Below are positions 10,001-17,788 of a stretch of DNA of 56,711 bases, one piece after another. The translations under genes were made by a program, and so were the position numbers. The notes beneath the pieces are model-generated. The model was given only the letters and a program-made list of their open reading frames with translations, was not told the DNA's origin and ran no database searches. Location: IMG/VR virus record IMGVR_UViG_3300048587_000675, positions 1 through 56,711 of that record. One strand, given 5' to 3'. Every line of letters begins with the position of its first letter. Within the stretch, counting starts at the first letter, position 1. The stretch is from a virus (Duplodnaviria > Caudoviricetes).

Positions 10001-11535
10001 CAGGTGAGATTGTATTTGAGGCAACAGACTTCCTTGGTGGTATTTTTTATGCAACAGCAAATAATGTTGCCTCTGGATTAGCATATACTCCAGCATTGCC
10101 TGCTGCGGGCGGCACTACAGTATTTTCTGAAAATAATGAATTAGGTAATGGACTGGCATATAGTAAATTTGATTTACCAGAAGCTTTTCCACTGGGATAT
10201 GTTCAACAAATTGGAAATGAAAAATCTCAAACTATTAGAATTATTCCGCTTAGAGACAGTTTATTCAATCTTAAAGAAGACGGCGTGTTTAGGGTAGCGG
10301 GAGAAGATCCAGAAAGTTTTTCTAATTCTCTTTTTGACAACACTATTACACTTGCTGCCCCAGAATCAGTAGCAAAGCTTTCAAATATTATATTTGCTCT
10401 TTCTACGGAGGGCGTGGTTGCAATTACCGACTCAAACGCAGAAACTGTTTCAAGACCTATTGAAAACTTAATATTAGATATTTTTGAACAAGATACAACT
10501 AAAGTTAGAACATTAAGTTTTGCATATGCTTATGAGTCTGAGAAAAAATATATTCTTTTTACAATTAAACAATTTTCTGATTCATATGCAACTCAAGCTT
10601 TTGTTTACAATACATTTACAAACAGTTGGACCACCTGGGAATTAACAAGAACCTGTGGAATTGTATTACCTTTTGATGATCTTGCTTATTTAGGTAATCA
10701 TGATAGCAACACCGTAAAGGTTGAAAGAAAAAGTAGAAACTATACTGATTATATCGACGATTCAATTGACGTTTCAATTGAATTTGTAACCGGGGTTTTA
10801 ACGGCTGGATCTAACCAAATAACTTTAATTTTACCCGACACGACGCACCTTTCACTGGGTCAAACGGTATCTGGCACAGGCATCCCTGATGGTGCTAAAA
10901 TTTCTAATATTAATAATAATTTTACTATAACTTTAAACAAAGCTGCAACAATCTCCGGTACGGTAGATTTACAATTTGAAAATGGTAGTTTAATTAGGCT
11001 TGCAAACACATTATCAACAGCTGCCGGCGATGTTATTTATCAGAACGATGGTCGATTTAGTATCATTTTAGAAGTTAATTCTGACAAGAGTACCATCCTT
11101 ACTAGAAATCCAATTAACAGCTGGACTGCTGGAGATGCAAACGTCCTTAAGGCTATCGATAGTGAACTTAGGTATGCACCTCAAACATGTGGAAATCCTT
11201 CTTCAATAAAACAAGTTACAGAATTTATTGCAATGTTTCAAACTCCTTTCTTTGACAAAGTTGACATTTCATTTGAAAGTGATATATCTGGAGGAAAAGA
11301 AACCGTTGAATTAGAAGGTCAGATTGGCGGGGTACTCTGGGGCCTATATCCATGGGGCGAGGTGGTTTGGGGTGGAGTTGTTAGAGCAGTTCCACTTAGA
11401 ACCTATGTACCAAGGGATAAGCAAAGAAACACTCAATTAAATATTACAATTTCACATCGAGAGGCTTATGCTTTTTATCGATTATCTGGAATACAGTTAT
11501 ATTTTAACACCGGCAATCAGAGAGTGAGAAGATAA
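7042..11535 (+). CDS. Putative tail nozzle (tubular protein B / stabilisation protein) with inserted small beta domains (1497 aa)
   Basis: N-terminal GLHTYPN...AKNLVID...PRRG, propeller-like C-terminal region, WGxxxWG motifs near the end; repeated GIPxG domains and two HGLxxG domains. Confidence 0.6.
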   Translation: MPQSILLKAKGLHTYPNPLSAIPDGALEVAKNLVIDREDTAEPRRGFSEIEYPLGLSSDNRPDQLIVYGDDELIAHYGLGTDPTRLAFFMFEQEFSAVISSGSNVVSDILSTNGYYSSAVVKAVVIETIFSGDQTLGSNTLTNVLTTQGLYVGLQVGGRGIPPGTTITAISGTGPYTVTISNNALFTAVGNTITASNENLINLPTDTRAVVINNNNLVLDQNSSYTSRTLNFDPTDVNTTTDLITIPNHGLLDGQTVQFTSSGTLPAPLATSTLYYIVQSNNDTFRLSTVANGSGINLTSQGTGVHTMTVRDLFTIGGWIDYPGVFEKPEGNIKIRFAEQNNSLFLTTKDGIRKLDNIEGIRLKATVTDGSNIITNVDVLDIHPGELVSGPGIPDGSIVTDLLSDTSFEIDNNVSLPTGVVSASDQLIFVQPRLAGISYALDGEAVLTTDFSGFLPNDRAVQYFIVWGYKDANNRIARGAPSSVLGIVVSNNTGESKNVQIKATIPNDITPAHFYQVYRSGFSANAASIPPSESRLIYEANPTFTDIINGIITFNDNVPEELRTGEILYTSESQEGILLGNFPPPFGTDIASFKNSLFISNIKTKHTLGLTILSVSGNFSILGNTDNSTPFKALTISNPVLNITGDVTSGSPLIANISPTDMGSIAIGMTITGTGIPEGTKVASYDSPSSIRITKNATATNLAVSLSLSITGVSQGQLVFGTPIGSGAKLVDTFNEFIITSNTVNASPMLFNLSTTAGLKEGQPVSAASGIPAGTLIEKVYAGKSISFVENNTDDITDTFTLNGHGLENGNVVTFEGSSLPTGISTGTFYYIISASANTFQISTTFGGSALNFTTTGAGSIVLSPQVRMTDNASASVSGLVVTFGAGFKLDTPSTATTTGATITFKNGTGGIEVNDTLTVAGVTYTAGAYEDYTGVNRQFRVYSHGTPAQNITNTALSLIRVVNRQGSAIGSTDVYARYTSSINSLPGEIVFEATDFLGGIFYATANNVASGLAYTPALPAAGGTTVFSENNELGNGLAYSKFDLPEAFPLGYVQQIGNEKSQTIRIIPLRDSLFNLKEDGVFRVAGEDPESFSNSLFDNTITLAAPESVAKLSNIIFALSTEGVVAITDSNAETVSRPIENLILDIFEQDTTKVRTLSFAYAYESEKKYILFTIKQFSDSYATQAFVYNTFTNSWTTWELTRTCGIVLPFDDLAYLGNHDSNTVKVERKSRNYTDYIDDSIDVSIEFVTGVLTAGSNQITLILPDTTHLSLGQTVSGTGIPDGAKISNINNNFTITLNKAATISGTVDLQFENGSLIRLANTLSTAAGDVIYQNDGRFSIILEVNSDKSTILTRNPINSWTAGDANVLKAIDSELRYAPQTCGNPSSIKQVTEFIAMFQTPFFDKVDISFESDISGGKETVELEGQIGGVLWGLYPWGEVVWGGVVRAVPLRTYVPRDKQRNTQLNITISHREAYAFYRLSGIQLYFNTGNQRVRR

Positions 11536-11536
11536 C

Positions 11537-11785
11537 ATGGATAAGAGATTTGAAAAACTTGTCACTTATGTAAAAGATGGCAAGAAAAGAACAAAAACTG
11601 TAAAATATGGTCAAGCTGGCAAAGCAAAAGATGGCGGAGATAGAATTCGACCCGGCACTTCTAAAGGTGACGCATATTGCGCTAGAAGTAACGCAATAAA
11701 AGGAAACTGGAGAAGTGATCCTAATAGCCCAAATAATTTATCCCGTAAAAAATGGCGCTGCCGTGGCGACAAGAGCATGAGGTGA
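11537..11785 (+). CDS. Small basic protein of a widespread phage family
   Basis: KYGQ...YCARS...DPNSPNNLSRKKWRC motif, recognised from memory of phage hypothetical proteins. Confidence 0.65.
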   Translation: MDKRFEKLVTYVKDGKKRTKTVKYGQAGKAKDGGDRIRPGTSKGDAYCARSNAIKGNWRSDPNSPNNLSRKKWRCRGDKSMR

Positions 11786-11789
11786 TAAT

Positions 11790-11969
11790 ATGAAACCCGG
11801 ATTATATGCAAACATTCACGCAAAAAGAAAGCGAATAAGGGCAGGTAGCGGAGAAAAAATGCGAACCCCCGGCACAAAGGGTGCTCCCACTGCAAAAAAC
11901 TTTAAGGAAGCTCAAAAAACAGCTAAAAAGCCACAAAAATTTAGTAAATTAAAAGACTATTTAAAATGA
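11790..11969 (+). CDS. 59-aa basic phage protein missing from the ORF track (MKPGLYANIHAKRKRIRAGSGEKMR...)
   Basis: Translated by hand; GAGGTG RBS; ATGA overlap with the next gene; GLYANIHAKRKR motif is common in phage hypotheticals. Confidence 0.75.
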   Translation: MKPGLYANIHAKRKRIRAGSGEKMRTPGTKGAPTAKNFKEAQKTAKKPQKFSKLKDYLK

Positions 11970-12583
11970 AACCTAGGTATATTAAGAGAATTATCAAAGA
12001 TGACTTTCCGCAGGAGGTCCGCACTTGGATTGATACTCTTTTGTACCCATTAAATGCTAGTATTGAGCAAAATAGTCAAATTTTACAAAAAAACATTAGT
12101 CTTATTGATAACTTAGCTGCAGAAGTTAGAACTTTACAAATCGTAGGTAGCAGTTTAATAACAGGAAACAGCACAGAAGGATCAAATATTATAACAGATT
12201 CTGTGTATTATCAAGCAGTTATAGATGGTGTAAACTATGGTGTACAGCCTGGACAACCTGTTGCTGGATTAGGTCTACCACCAGGCACAACGGTAGTGTC
12301 AGTAAGTGGTTCTACTATAACTCTATCGCAAAATAGTAATATTACTCAGAAAAATGCCAAATACCAGGCTGGTGGTTTCTTCCCACTCAGGTTATCTTAT
12401 AATTTATCATTTAGACCAACTAGTGTTTTTGTTAGCAATATTGCTGATTTACAAGGAAATCCTACTTATATCTCAGAAGGCGTCACTCCGCAATGGAGAA
12501 TTGAAGGCAGAGATATCGTCATTGACGGAATCAGCGGATTAGAAGCTGGTCGTTCTTATAATATAACATTTGTCATACTATAA
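11966..12583 (+). CDS. Virion protein with one GxGLPPGT beta domain
   Basis: Shares the GSN...GQPVAGLGLPPGTTVVSV domain with the nozzle; follows tail genes. Confidence 0.55.
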   Translation: MKPRYIKRIIKDDFPQEVRTWIDTLLYPLNASIEQNSQILQKNISLIDNLAAEVRTLQIVGSSLITGNSTEGSNIITDSVYYQAVIDGVNYGVQPGQPVAGLGLPPGTTVVSVSGSTITLSQNSNITQKNAKYQAGGFFPLRLSYNLSFRPTSVFVSNIADLQGNPTYISEGVTPQWRIEGRDIVIDGISGLEAGRSYNITFVIL

Positions 12584-12597
12584 ACTTTAGTTACTAC

Positions 12598-12615
12598 AAA
12601 TTAATAAGTAGTATT
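12598..12615 (+). promoter_or_regulatory. Putative late promoter motif, copy 2
   Basis: Exact repeat of 2659-2676; followed by an AGGGT...ACCCT hairpin and GGAG RBS. Confidence 0.55.
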
Positions 12616-12643
12616 GTAGGGTTAGGTTGTACCCTGGAGTTTT

Positions 12644-14569
12644 GTGATGATAAAAAATCCTTTTAGATCAGATGATGATCAAACATTTTCTAAATTACAA
12701 GAGTACGTAGCTGGTCCTACTACTCAACCTGCTGCACAAACTCAGCAACCTGTGCAGTATGCGCAAGCTGCAACATTAAATCAACCAGCTGCACAACCAA
12801 AGCAAACAACTCCACAACAACAACCTGCAACTCCTGCTGCGATGCCCGCACCAGTTACACCTGTAGTGCCGCCAGTTGTCACTCCGACACAAGCAGCACA
12901 ACCTGTTGCACAACAATTTGGACAGCCGCAACAACCACAACCTGTACAACCTCGTCAAACATTGATGACACAAAACACGGCTGCTCAACGCTATGCTCAG
13001 ATGTTACAACAAAGTGCACCACAAGCACAAGCTGCATCATCTGGCATAGCACAAGTTATTCAAGATCCTGTTACTGAAGCAAAAAGAAAATTAGATTTAG
13101 CACAAGCTGAATTTAAGCAAAAAGTAGCAGAATCTGGCCTTACAAGAGACCAAAGTAGAACATCAGATATTATAAATAAAGCTGCAAACTTAAAAGCCGG
13201 AGAAACTTTAACTCCAGAAGAATTTGCAGAATTAGAAAGTATCTCTAACACAAGAAGTGCATTTGGAGAAGGCGTTAGAGATACTGATTTTGCAGCTTTA
13301 CAAAACTATGTTCAAGCTCTAGGTAAAGCTGATGTTGCAAAACAGATGGCAGGTTTAACCGATACAGCTGGAAACAGACAAGAATTAATTTCCAAGCTCG
13401 TGGGAGACAGTGCTAGATATAATCAGGGGCAATCTCTGTATGATGCACTTCTAGCTGGAGGCACTTCTCAGTCTGCACAGCAATTAGCAGATTTAAGACG
13501 CGAGCTTTTAACAGAAGACTCACTTGGTAAACTTGCTGAACAGAGTGAAGCTGGTGCACTTGCCTCTAGAGACTTAGAGCGTCAAGAAATTGAAAGTGCA
13601 TATCAAGATATACAAGACCTTCTTGATGGAAAAGAAGGATCTGGTAAACTTGCTGAACTTGAGCAAAATATTAGAGATAGAGTTGTATCTGAAAATCAAA
13701 AAGTAGAAGAAACAAACGCACTTATTGACGAAGTAATGCCTAACATCGGAAATACTTTTGGTGATACAGAAAAAGAACGTCGATTAATGGATCTTTTAAA
13801 TATTGAACCCGGTTCAAAATTAATCAGATACATTGAAGAAGGTTCAAAAGATCCTGCCACCATCGGTAGATTAAAAGAGCTTAATGAACAAACTGCCACC
13901 ACTAAGGATGAACTTGCTCGTTTAAATGAACTCTACAGAATTGGAGCATTAACCGGAAGACAAGGTGATAAAATTGTTGCACAAGATGATGAAACCCTTG
14001 GAACTGGACTTGATCAGCAACTAGATATTGATGCCGATAAATTAAAAAGCGGATTTGATCAAAAACGAAAAGTTGTTCAAGATAAAGTAAATAACCTTGT
14101 TGAAAACTATTCACTTACTCCCATAAAAGATTACTCCTTTGGTAAAGGTCTTACTGCAAAGAATGTTACACAAGACATTTATAATCGTTTAAGAACCGGC
14201 AGAGTTGCCGACGGTGATATTAATGAAGCAAATAAAGTCTTATCAAAAGCTAGAGAATTAGTAAATCAGATTAATAAGACTTATGTTGATAATAATTATA
14301 AATTAACATCATTTGATGGTAAAAGAAGACAAGTTCCAAAAATTAGTATAACACCAACGCAAGCTGAAGTTAATTCTCAACTGCTTGATATTTTTAAGAC
14401 GACGATGCCTAGGGTAAATGTTATTAGCAAAGACCAAATTAAAGATCCAGCGGTTGAATTGCAGAAGTTAAAAAAATCCAATCCTGCGCGATATAATCAA
14501 CTTCTTAGACACGCAAAAACTGCAGCAGAAGTTAAACGGGCAGCTGGATTATTTAAGTTATCTATATAA
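12644..14569 (+). CDS. Putative internal virion/ejection protein with Q/P-rich N-terminus
   Basis: Long helical ORF after tail genes; the ATG at 12647 may be the true start. Confidence 0.55.
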   Translation: MMIKNPFRSDDDQTFSKLQEYVAGPTTQPAAQTQQPVQYAQAATLNQPAAQPKQTTPQQQPATPAAMPAPVTPVVPPVVTPTQAAQPVAQQFGQPQQPQPVQPRQTLMTQNTAAQRYAQMLQQSAPQAQAASSGIAQVIQDPVTEAKRKLDLAQAEFKQKVAESGLTRDQSRTSDIINKAANLKAGETLTPEEFAELESISNTRSAFGEGVRDTDFAALQNYVQALGKADVAKQMAGLTDTAGNRQELISKLVGDSARYNQGQSLYDALLAGGTSQSAQQLADLRRELLTEDSLGKLAEQSEAGALASRDLERQEIESAYQDIQDLLDGKEGSGKLAELEQNIRDRVVSENQKVEETNALIDEVMPNIGNTFGDTEKERRLMDLLNIEPGSKLIRYIEEGSKDPATIGRLKELNEQTATTKDELARLNELYRIGALTGRQGDKIVAQDDETLGTGLDQQLDIDADKLKSGFDQKRKVVQDKVNNLVENYSLTPIKDYSFGKGLTAKNVTQDIYNRLRTGRVADGDINEANKVLSKARELVNQINKTYVDNNYKLTSFDGKRRQVPKISITPTQAEVNSQLLDIFKTTMPRVNVISKDQIKDPAVELQKLKKSNPARYNQLLRHAKTAAEVKRAAGLFKLSI

Positions 14570-14577
14570 GATTTTTT

Positions 14578-14970
14578 ATGAAATATATGAATTTATATAT
14601 AAAAGAGCGATATCCACAGTTTGAAGATTCAAATAAGACTGCTTTTGAATATTTAACATATTTAAAAAAGAACAATTTTCAGTTTTTAAATGAAAAAGAA
14701 GGATTTATCGTATATAAATTCGAAGGCGACGCTTGTATAATTAATGATATTTATATCTGTAATGAATATCGTAAAACTAAATCTGCTTGGAAATTGTTTA
14801 ATAACTTAAGGAACTTGACATTGACAAACAAAAACTGTAAAGTATTAATTGGTTTCTCAGAACATAACGGAAATAATCATCAAAGCGGAATTGGAGCAAT
14901 GACCGCAGCTGGTTTTGTAAAAACTGGTCAAGATGATATTAAAGACATCTATATAAGAGGTAACTGGTAA
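14578..14970 (+). CDS. GNAT-fold acetyltransferase-like protein in the virion module
   Basis: GFIVY...INDIYICNEYRKT...AGF GNAT pattern; same position as the acetyltransferase-like genes before podophage ejection genes. Confidence 0.55.
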   Translation: MKYMNLYIKERYPQFEDSNKTAFEYLTYLKKNNFQFLNEKEGFIVYKFEGDACIINDIYICNEYRKTKSAWKLFNNLRNLTLTNKNCKVLIGFSEHNGNNHQSGIGAMTAAGFVKTGQDDIKDIYIRGNW

Positions 14971-16211
14971 TGGGCGGAGTAGTAAGTGGCGTTGGTAAAT
15001 TAGTAGGCGGCGGTGGCGGCGGAAAACAACGTAGTCAAGCTGAACAAGTTCAAGCTGATGCTTTTGATTACATTAATAACATTAGACTCCCTGCACTTGA
15101 AGACTTGCAGATTAACCCTAGTGATATTACCTATTATCAGGTAACTGGCAAACTAACTCCAGCATTATATGAAGCCGTCCAAATGGATAAAACCCTGCTG
15201 GAAGACCTTGAATATAATCCTGATATCATTAAAGATCAGATGGCTGGTATTCAAGCTAAAAAAGAAAGAATTGCTGAAGGTGGTCTATCAATCGAAGATC
15301 GCGCTCGATTAAACGAAGTTCTCCAGGAATCTGGAAGACAAAATAAAGCTCAACAGGAGACAATTGCAGCTAGATTACGCGAAAGAGGCGCAGCAGGCGG
15401 AGCCGTAGAGGCTATGAAACGTTTGCAAGGACAAAGCCAGGCCGCTGATACTACTGCTGATAATGCATTTAAAACTGCCGCTCTTGCTGCAACTTCTAAA
15501 CTTCAAGAAGAAGACAAGCTTCAGGATCTACTTGGAAGACTTGCCACTCAGGATATTGGAGTTAAAGGAACAAGAGCACAGGCTGAAGCTGAACGTCAAA
15601 AGATGAACACTTCTCTTTTAAATCAACAAGCGCTCTCTAATGTAAATATTCAAAATGCCGCACAAATGGCAAATTTACAAAACCAGCAAAGAGTTTCAGA
15701 TGCTAACGTTGGTCTTGCAAACCAAGGGATGCTTGCTAATAAACAAGCCATTCAACAGAACCTAGCCAATCAGTTTGCTAAAGGAAATGCACTTTCTGGT
15801 GCAAGCAAGACTTACAGTGAAAATCTAATGGATCAAGGTGCAAGACGCGATGCTGAAAAGGCCGGTAAATGGGATAGCATCGGTGGATTTGTTGATAAAG
15901 GAATTGGCCTTGGTACTGCCATTTTCTCAGATGAAAACTTAAAGACTGAAATCAATGAAGCCGACAATGAAATTGACGAAATGTTAGAAAAACTTTCTCC
16001 TGTATCCTTTAAGTATAAAGATCAAAATGACGGTGAAGGAAAGCACACCGGAATCATGGCACAAGACCTTGAAAAGTCAAAAGCTGGTAAAGATTTAGTG
16101 GTTGAAACCGAAAAAGGAAAGGCTGTTGATGTCAAGAAAGCTCTTAGTGCTATTATGGCATCACAAGCTCGTCTTGCAAAGCGTTTGAAAGATATTGAGA
16201 AAAAAGGATAA
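14970..16211 (+). CDS. Putative ejection/pilot protein with C-terminal peptidase S74 (intramolecular chaperone) domain
   Basis: MGG Gly-rich start; Q/A/N helical body; SDENLKTEI...LSPVSFKY...GIMAQDLE S74 motif. Confidence 0.7.
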   Translation: MGGVVSGVGKLVGGGGGGKQRSQAEQVQADAFDYINNIRLPALEDLQINPSDITYYQVTGKLTPALYEAVQMDKTLLEDLEYNPDIIKDQMAGIQAKKERIAEGGLSIEDRARLNEVLQESGRQNKAQQETIAARLRERGAAGGAVEAMKRLQGQSQAADTTADNAFKTAALAATSKLQEEDKLQDLLGRLATQDIGVKGTRAQAEAERQKMNTSLLNQQALSNVNIQNAAQMANLQNQQRVSDANVGLANQGMLANKQAIQQNLANQFAKGNALSGASKTYSENLMDQGARRDAEKAGKWDSIGGFVDKGIGLGTAIFSDENLKTEINEADNEIDEMLEKLSPVSFKYKDQNDGEGKHTGIMAQDLEKSKAGKDLVVETEKGKAVDVKKALSAIMASQARLAKRLKDIEKKG

Positions 16212-16216
16212 AAACA

Positions 16217-17788
16217 ATGGACGATTCTTTTAGAAAAAACCTAACAGGTGGTATTAATCCTTTTGCTGATGATTCTCTTAGCTTTGATGAGCAACTAAGA
16301 AGAAAAGCTCAACAATTAGGTATTGAACCATCTGACAGCATGGTTTCTGAAGTTATTGAAGAAAAAGCTAAAGAACAGTTCCCTGGTGAAGAAGCTCCAG
16401 TTGAACCTCAGCCAATAAAGCAGATGGCAGATCAGCAGCCTGATGAACAGGATTTATTGCAAAAACAAGAGCAAGCTTTAAAAGAATCAACTCCGGAAGA
16501 TAAGCAGCCTGTTTCTGAAGTTGCTGCCCCTCAGGATGACGTTAGTCTTAAAACCGATCCTATTGCTTATCTTAGAAATAAATACGGTCTTGCTGCTCCC
16601 ACCCAAGTAGAAGAAATGAAAAAAGATACAGATTATTCTACTCTAAAAGACACACAAAGACGCGGTAGTATATTAAATGCTTTGTCTGAGTTTGATAAAA
16701 GCGCCGGTCAACTTGGATCGAGTGCACTTCTTGAAGGTAGAAAAGCCGGATATACCGGATCTTATACTGGTGGAGCTTTAAAATCTGTAGCAGATAGAGA
16801 AGCTAAAGATCTAGAAGAACGTAAAAAGTTTAGAGATGAAGATCTTAAAAATATTCAAACGGGTTTAACTGTAGAATCTGCTGCCGATACGTTTAAAAAT
16901 AAACTTATAGAGGCAGAAAAAAAATTAGAAGACGAAAAAGAATTAGCAAAGATGGAAGGTCCTCTTTACGAAATGACCAAAGATTTATATAAGACAGCCT
17001 TTGGTAAAGATCTTCCAGAGGGCATTAGTCCTAAAGTTCTTTTTAAAGTTCAGCCTGAATTCAAGGATGTTATTAAACAAAGAATGGTAAATGAGGCCAC
17101 TGCTGAACAAAGTCGTCTTAATAGAGAAAATCAATTAGAATTAAAAGAGATGGAAGTCGGCAAGAAAGATCAGACTGCTCAAGATAAAGCCACCTTAGAG
17201 ATGGGTAAAGAACAGTTAAAACAACTAAAAGAAATTAGACAAGGCGAACTTTCAACTGATAATCAACTAACTCAGTTAAACGACACTATTAATCAATATG
17301 TTGATTATGTACAAAAATCTAAATTCGGTGGAACTGGTCCTATTGCAAACATGCTTGGATTAAAATCAGTAGTCGACACTCCTACTCAAAAAATTAAACA
17401 AAGGTTTAATCAGATTGCTTTAGATAAACTAGTTCAACAGTTCTCTGGCATGTCAAAAGCGATTGATAGTAACGCTGAGCGTGCGTTTTTTGAATCAACA
17501 CAGCCGGGAACCGATAAAGACGAAGATGTAAATTTTCAAGTATTATTTGGTATGAAATCGGTAATGTTGAAAGATAAAGCCGAAAAAGAAGCCCAAAGGC
17601 GATGGATACAAAGCGGAAAAGATATGGTGGACTACGAGAGTCCAATCGTAGGAAAAACTGCTACTGTTGTAGATACTACAGGAAAAATGCATATTATTCC
17701 TAAAGGTCAACTTCCTGATGCTTTGAAAAATGGCTATACAACGGTAGATGGATACGTAGACAGGGTAGTTAAAAAGAAGAGGTTATAA
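16217..17788 (+). CDS. Putative internal virion/ejection protein (523 aa)
   Basis: Charged, helical; synteny after the pilot-like protein. Confidence 0.5.
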   Translation: MDDSFRKNLTGGINPFADDSLSFDEQLRRKAQQLGIEPSDSMVSEVIEEKAKEQFPGEEAPVEPQPIKQMADQQPDEQDLLQKQEQALKESTPEDKQPVSEVAAPQDDVSLKTDPIAYLRNKYGLAAPTQVEEMKKDTDYSTLKDTQRRGSILNALSEFDKSAGQLGSSALLEGRKAGYTGSYTGGALKSVADREAKDLEERKKFRDEDLKNIQTGLTVESAADTFKNKLIEAEKKLEDEKELAKMEGPLYEMTKDLYKTAFGKDLPEGISPKVLFKVQPEFKDVIKQRMVNEATAEQSRLNRENQLELKEMEVGKKDQTAQDKATLEMGKEQLKQLKEIRQGELSTDNQLTQLNDTINQYVDYVQKSKFGGTGPIANMLGLKSVVDTPTQKIKQRFNQIALDKLVQQFSGMSKAIDSNAERAFFESTQPGTDKDEDVNFQVLFGMKSVMLKDKAEKEAQRRWIQSGKDMVDYESPIVGKTATVVDTTGKMHIIPKGQLPDALKNGYTTVDGYVDRVVKKKRL

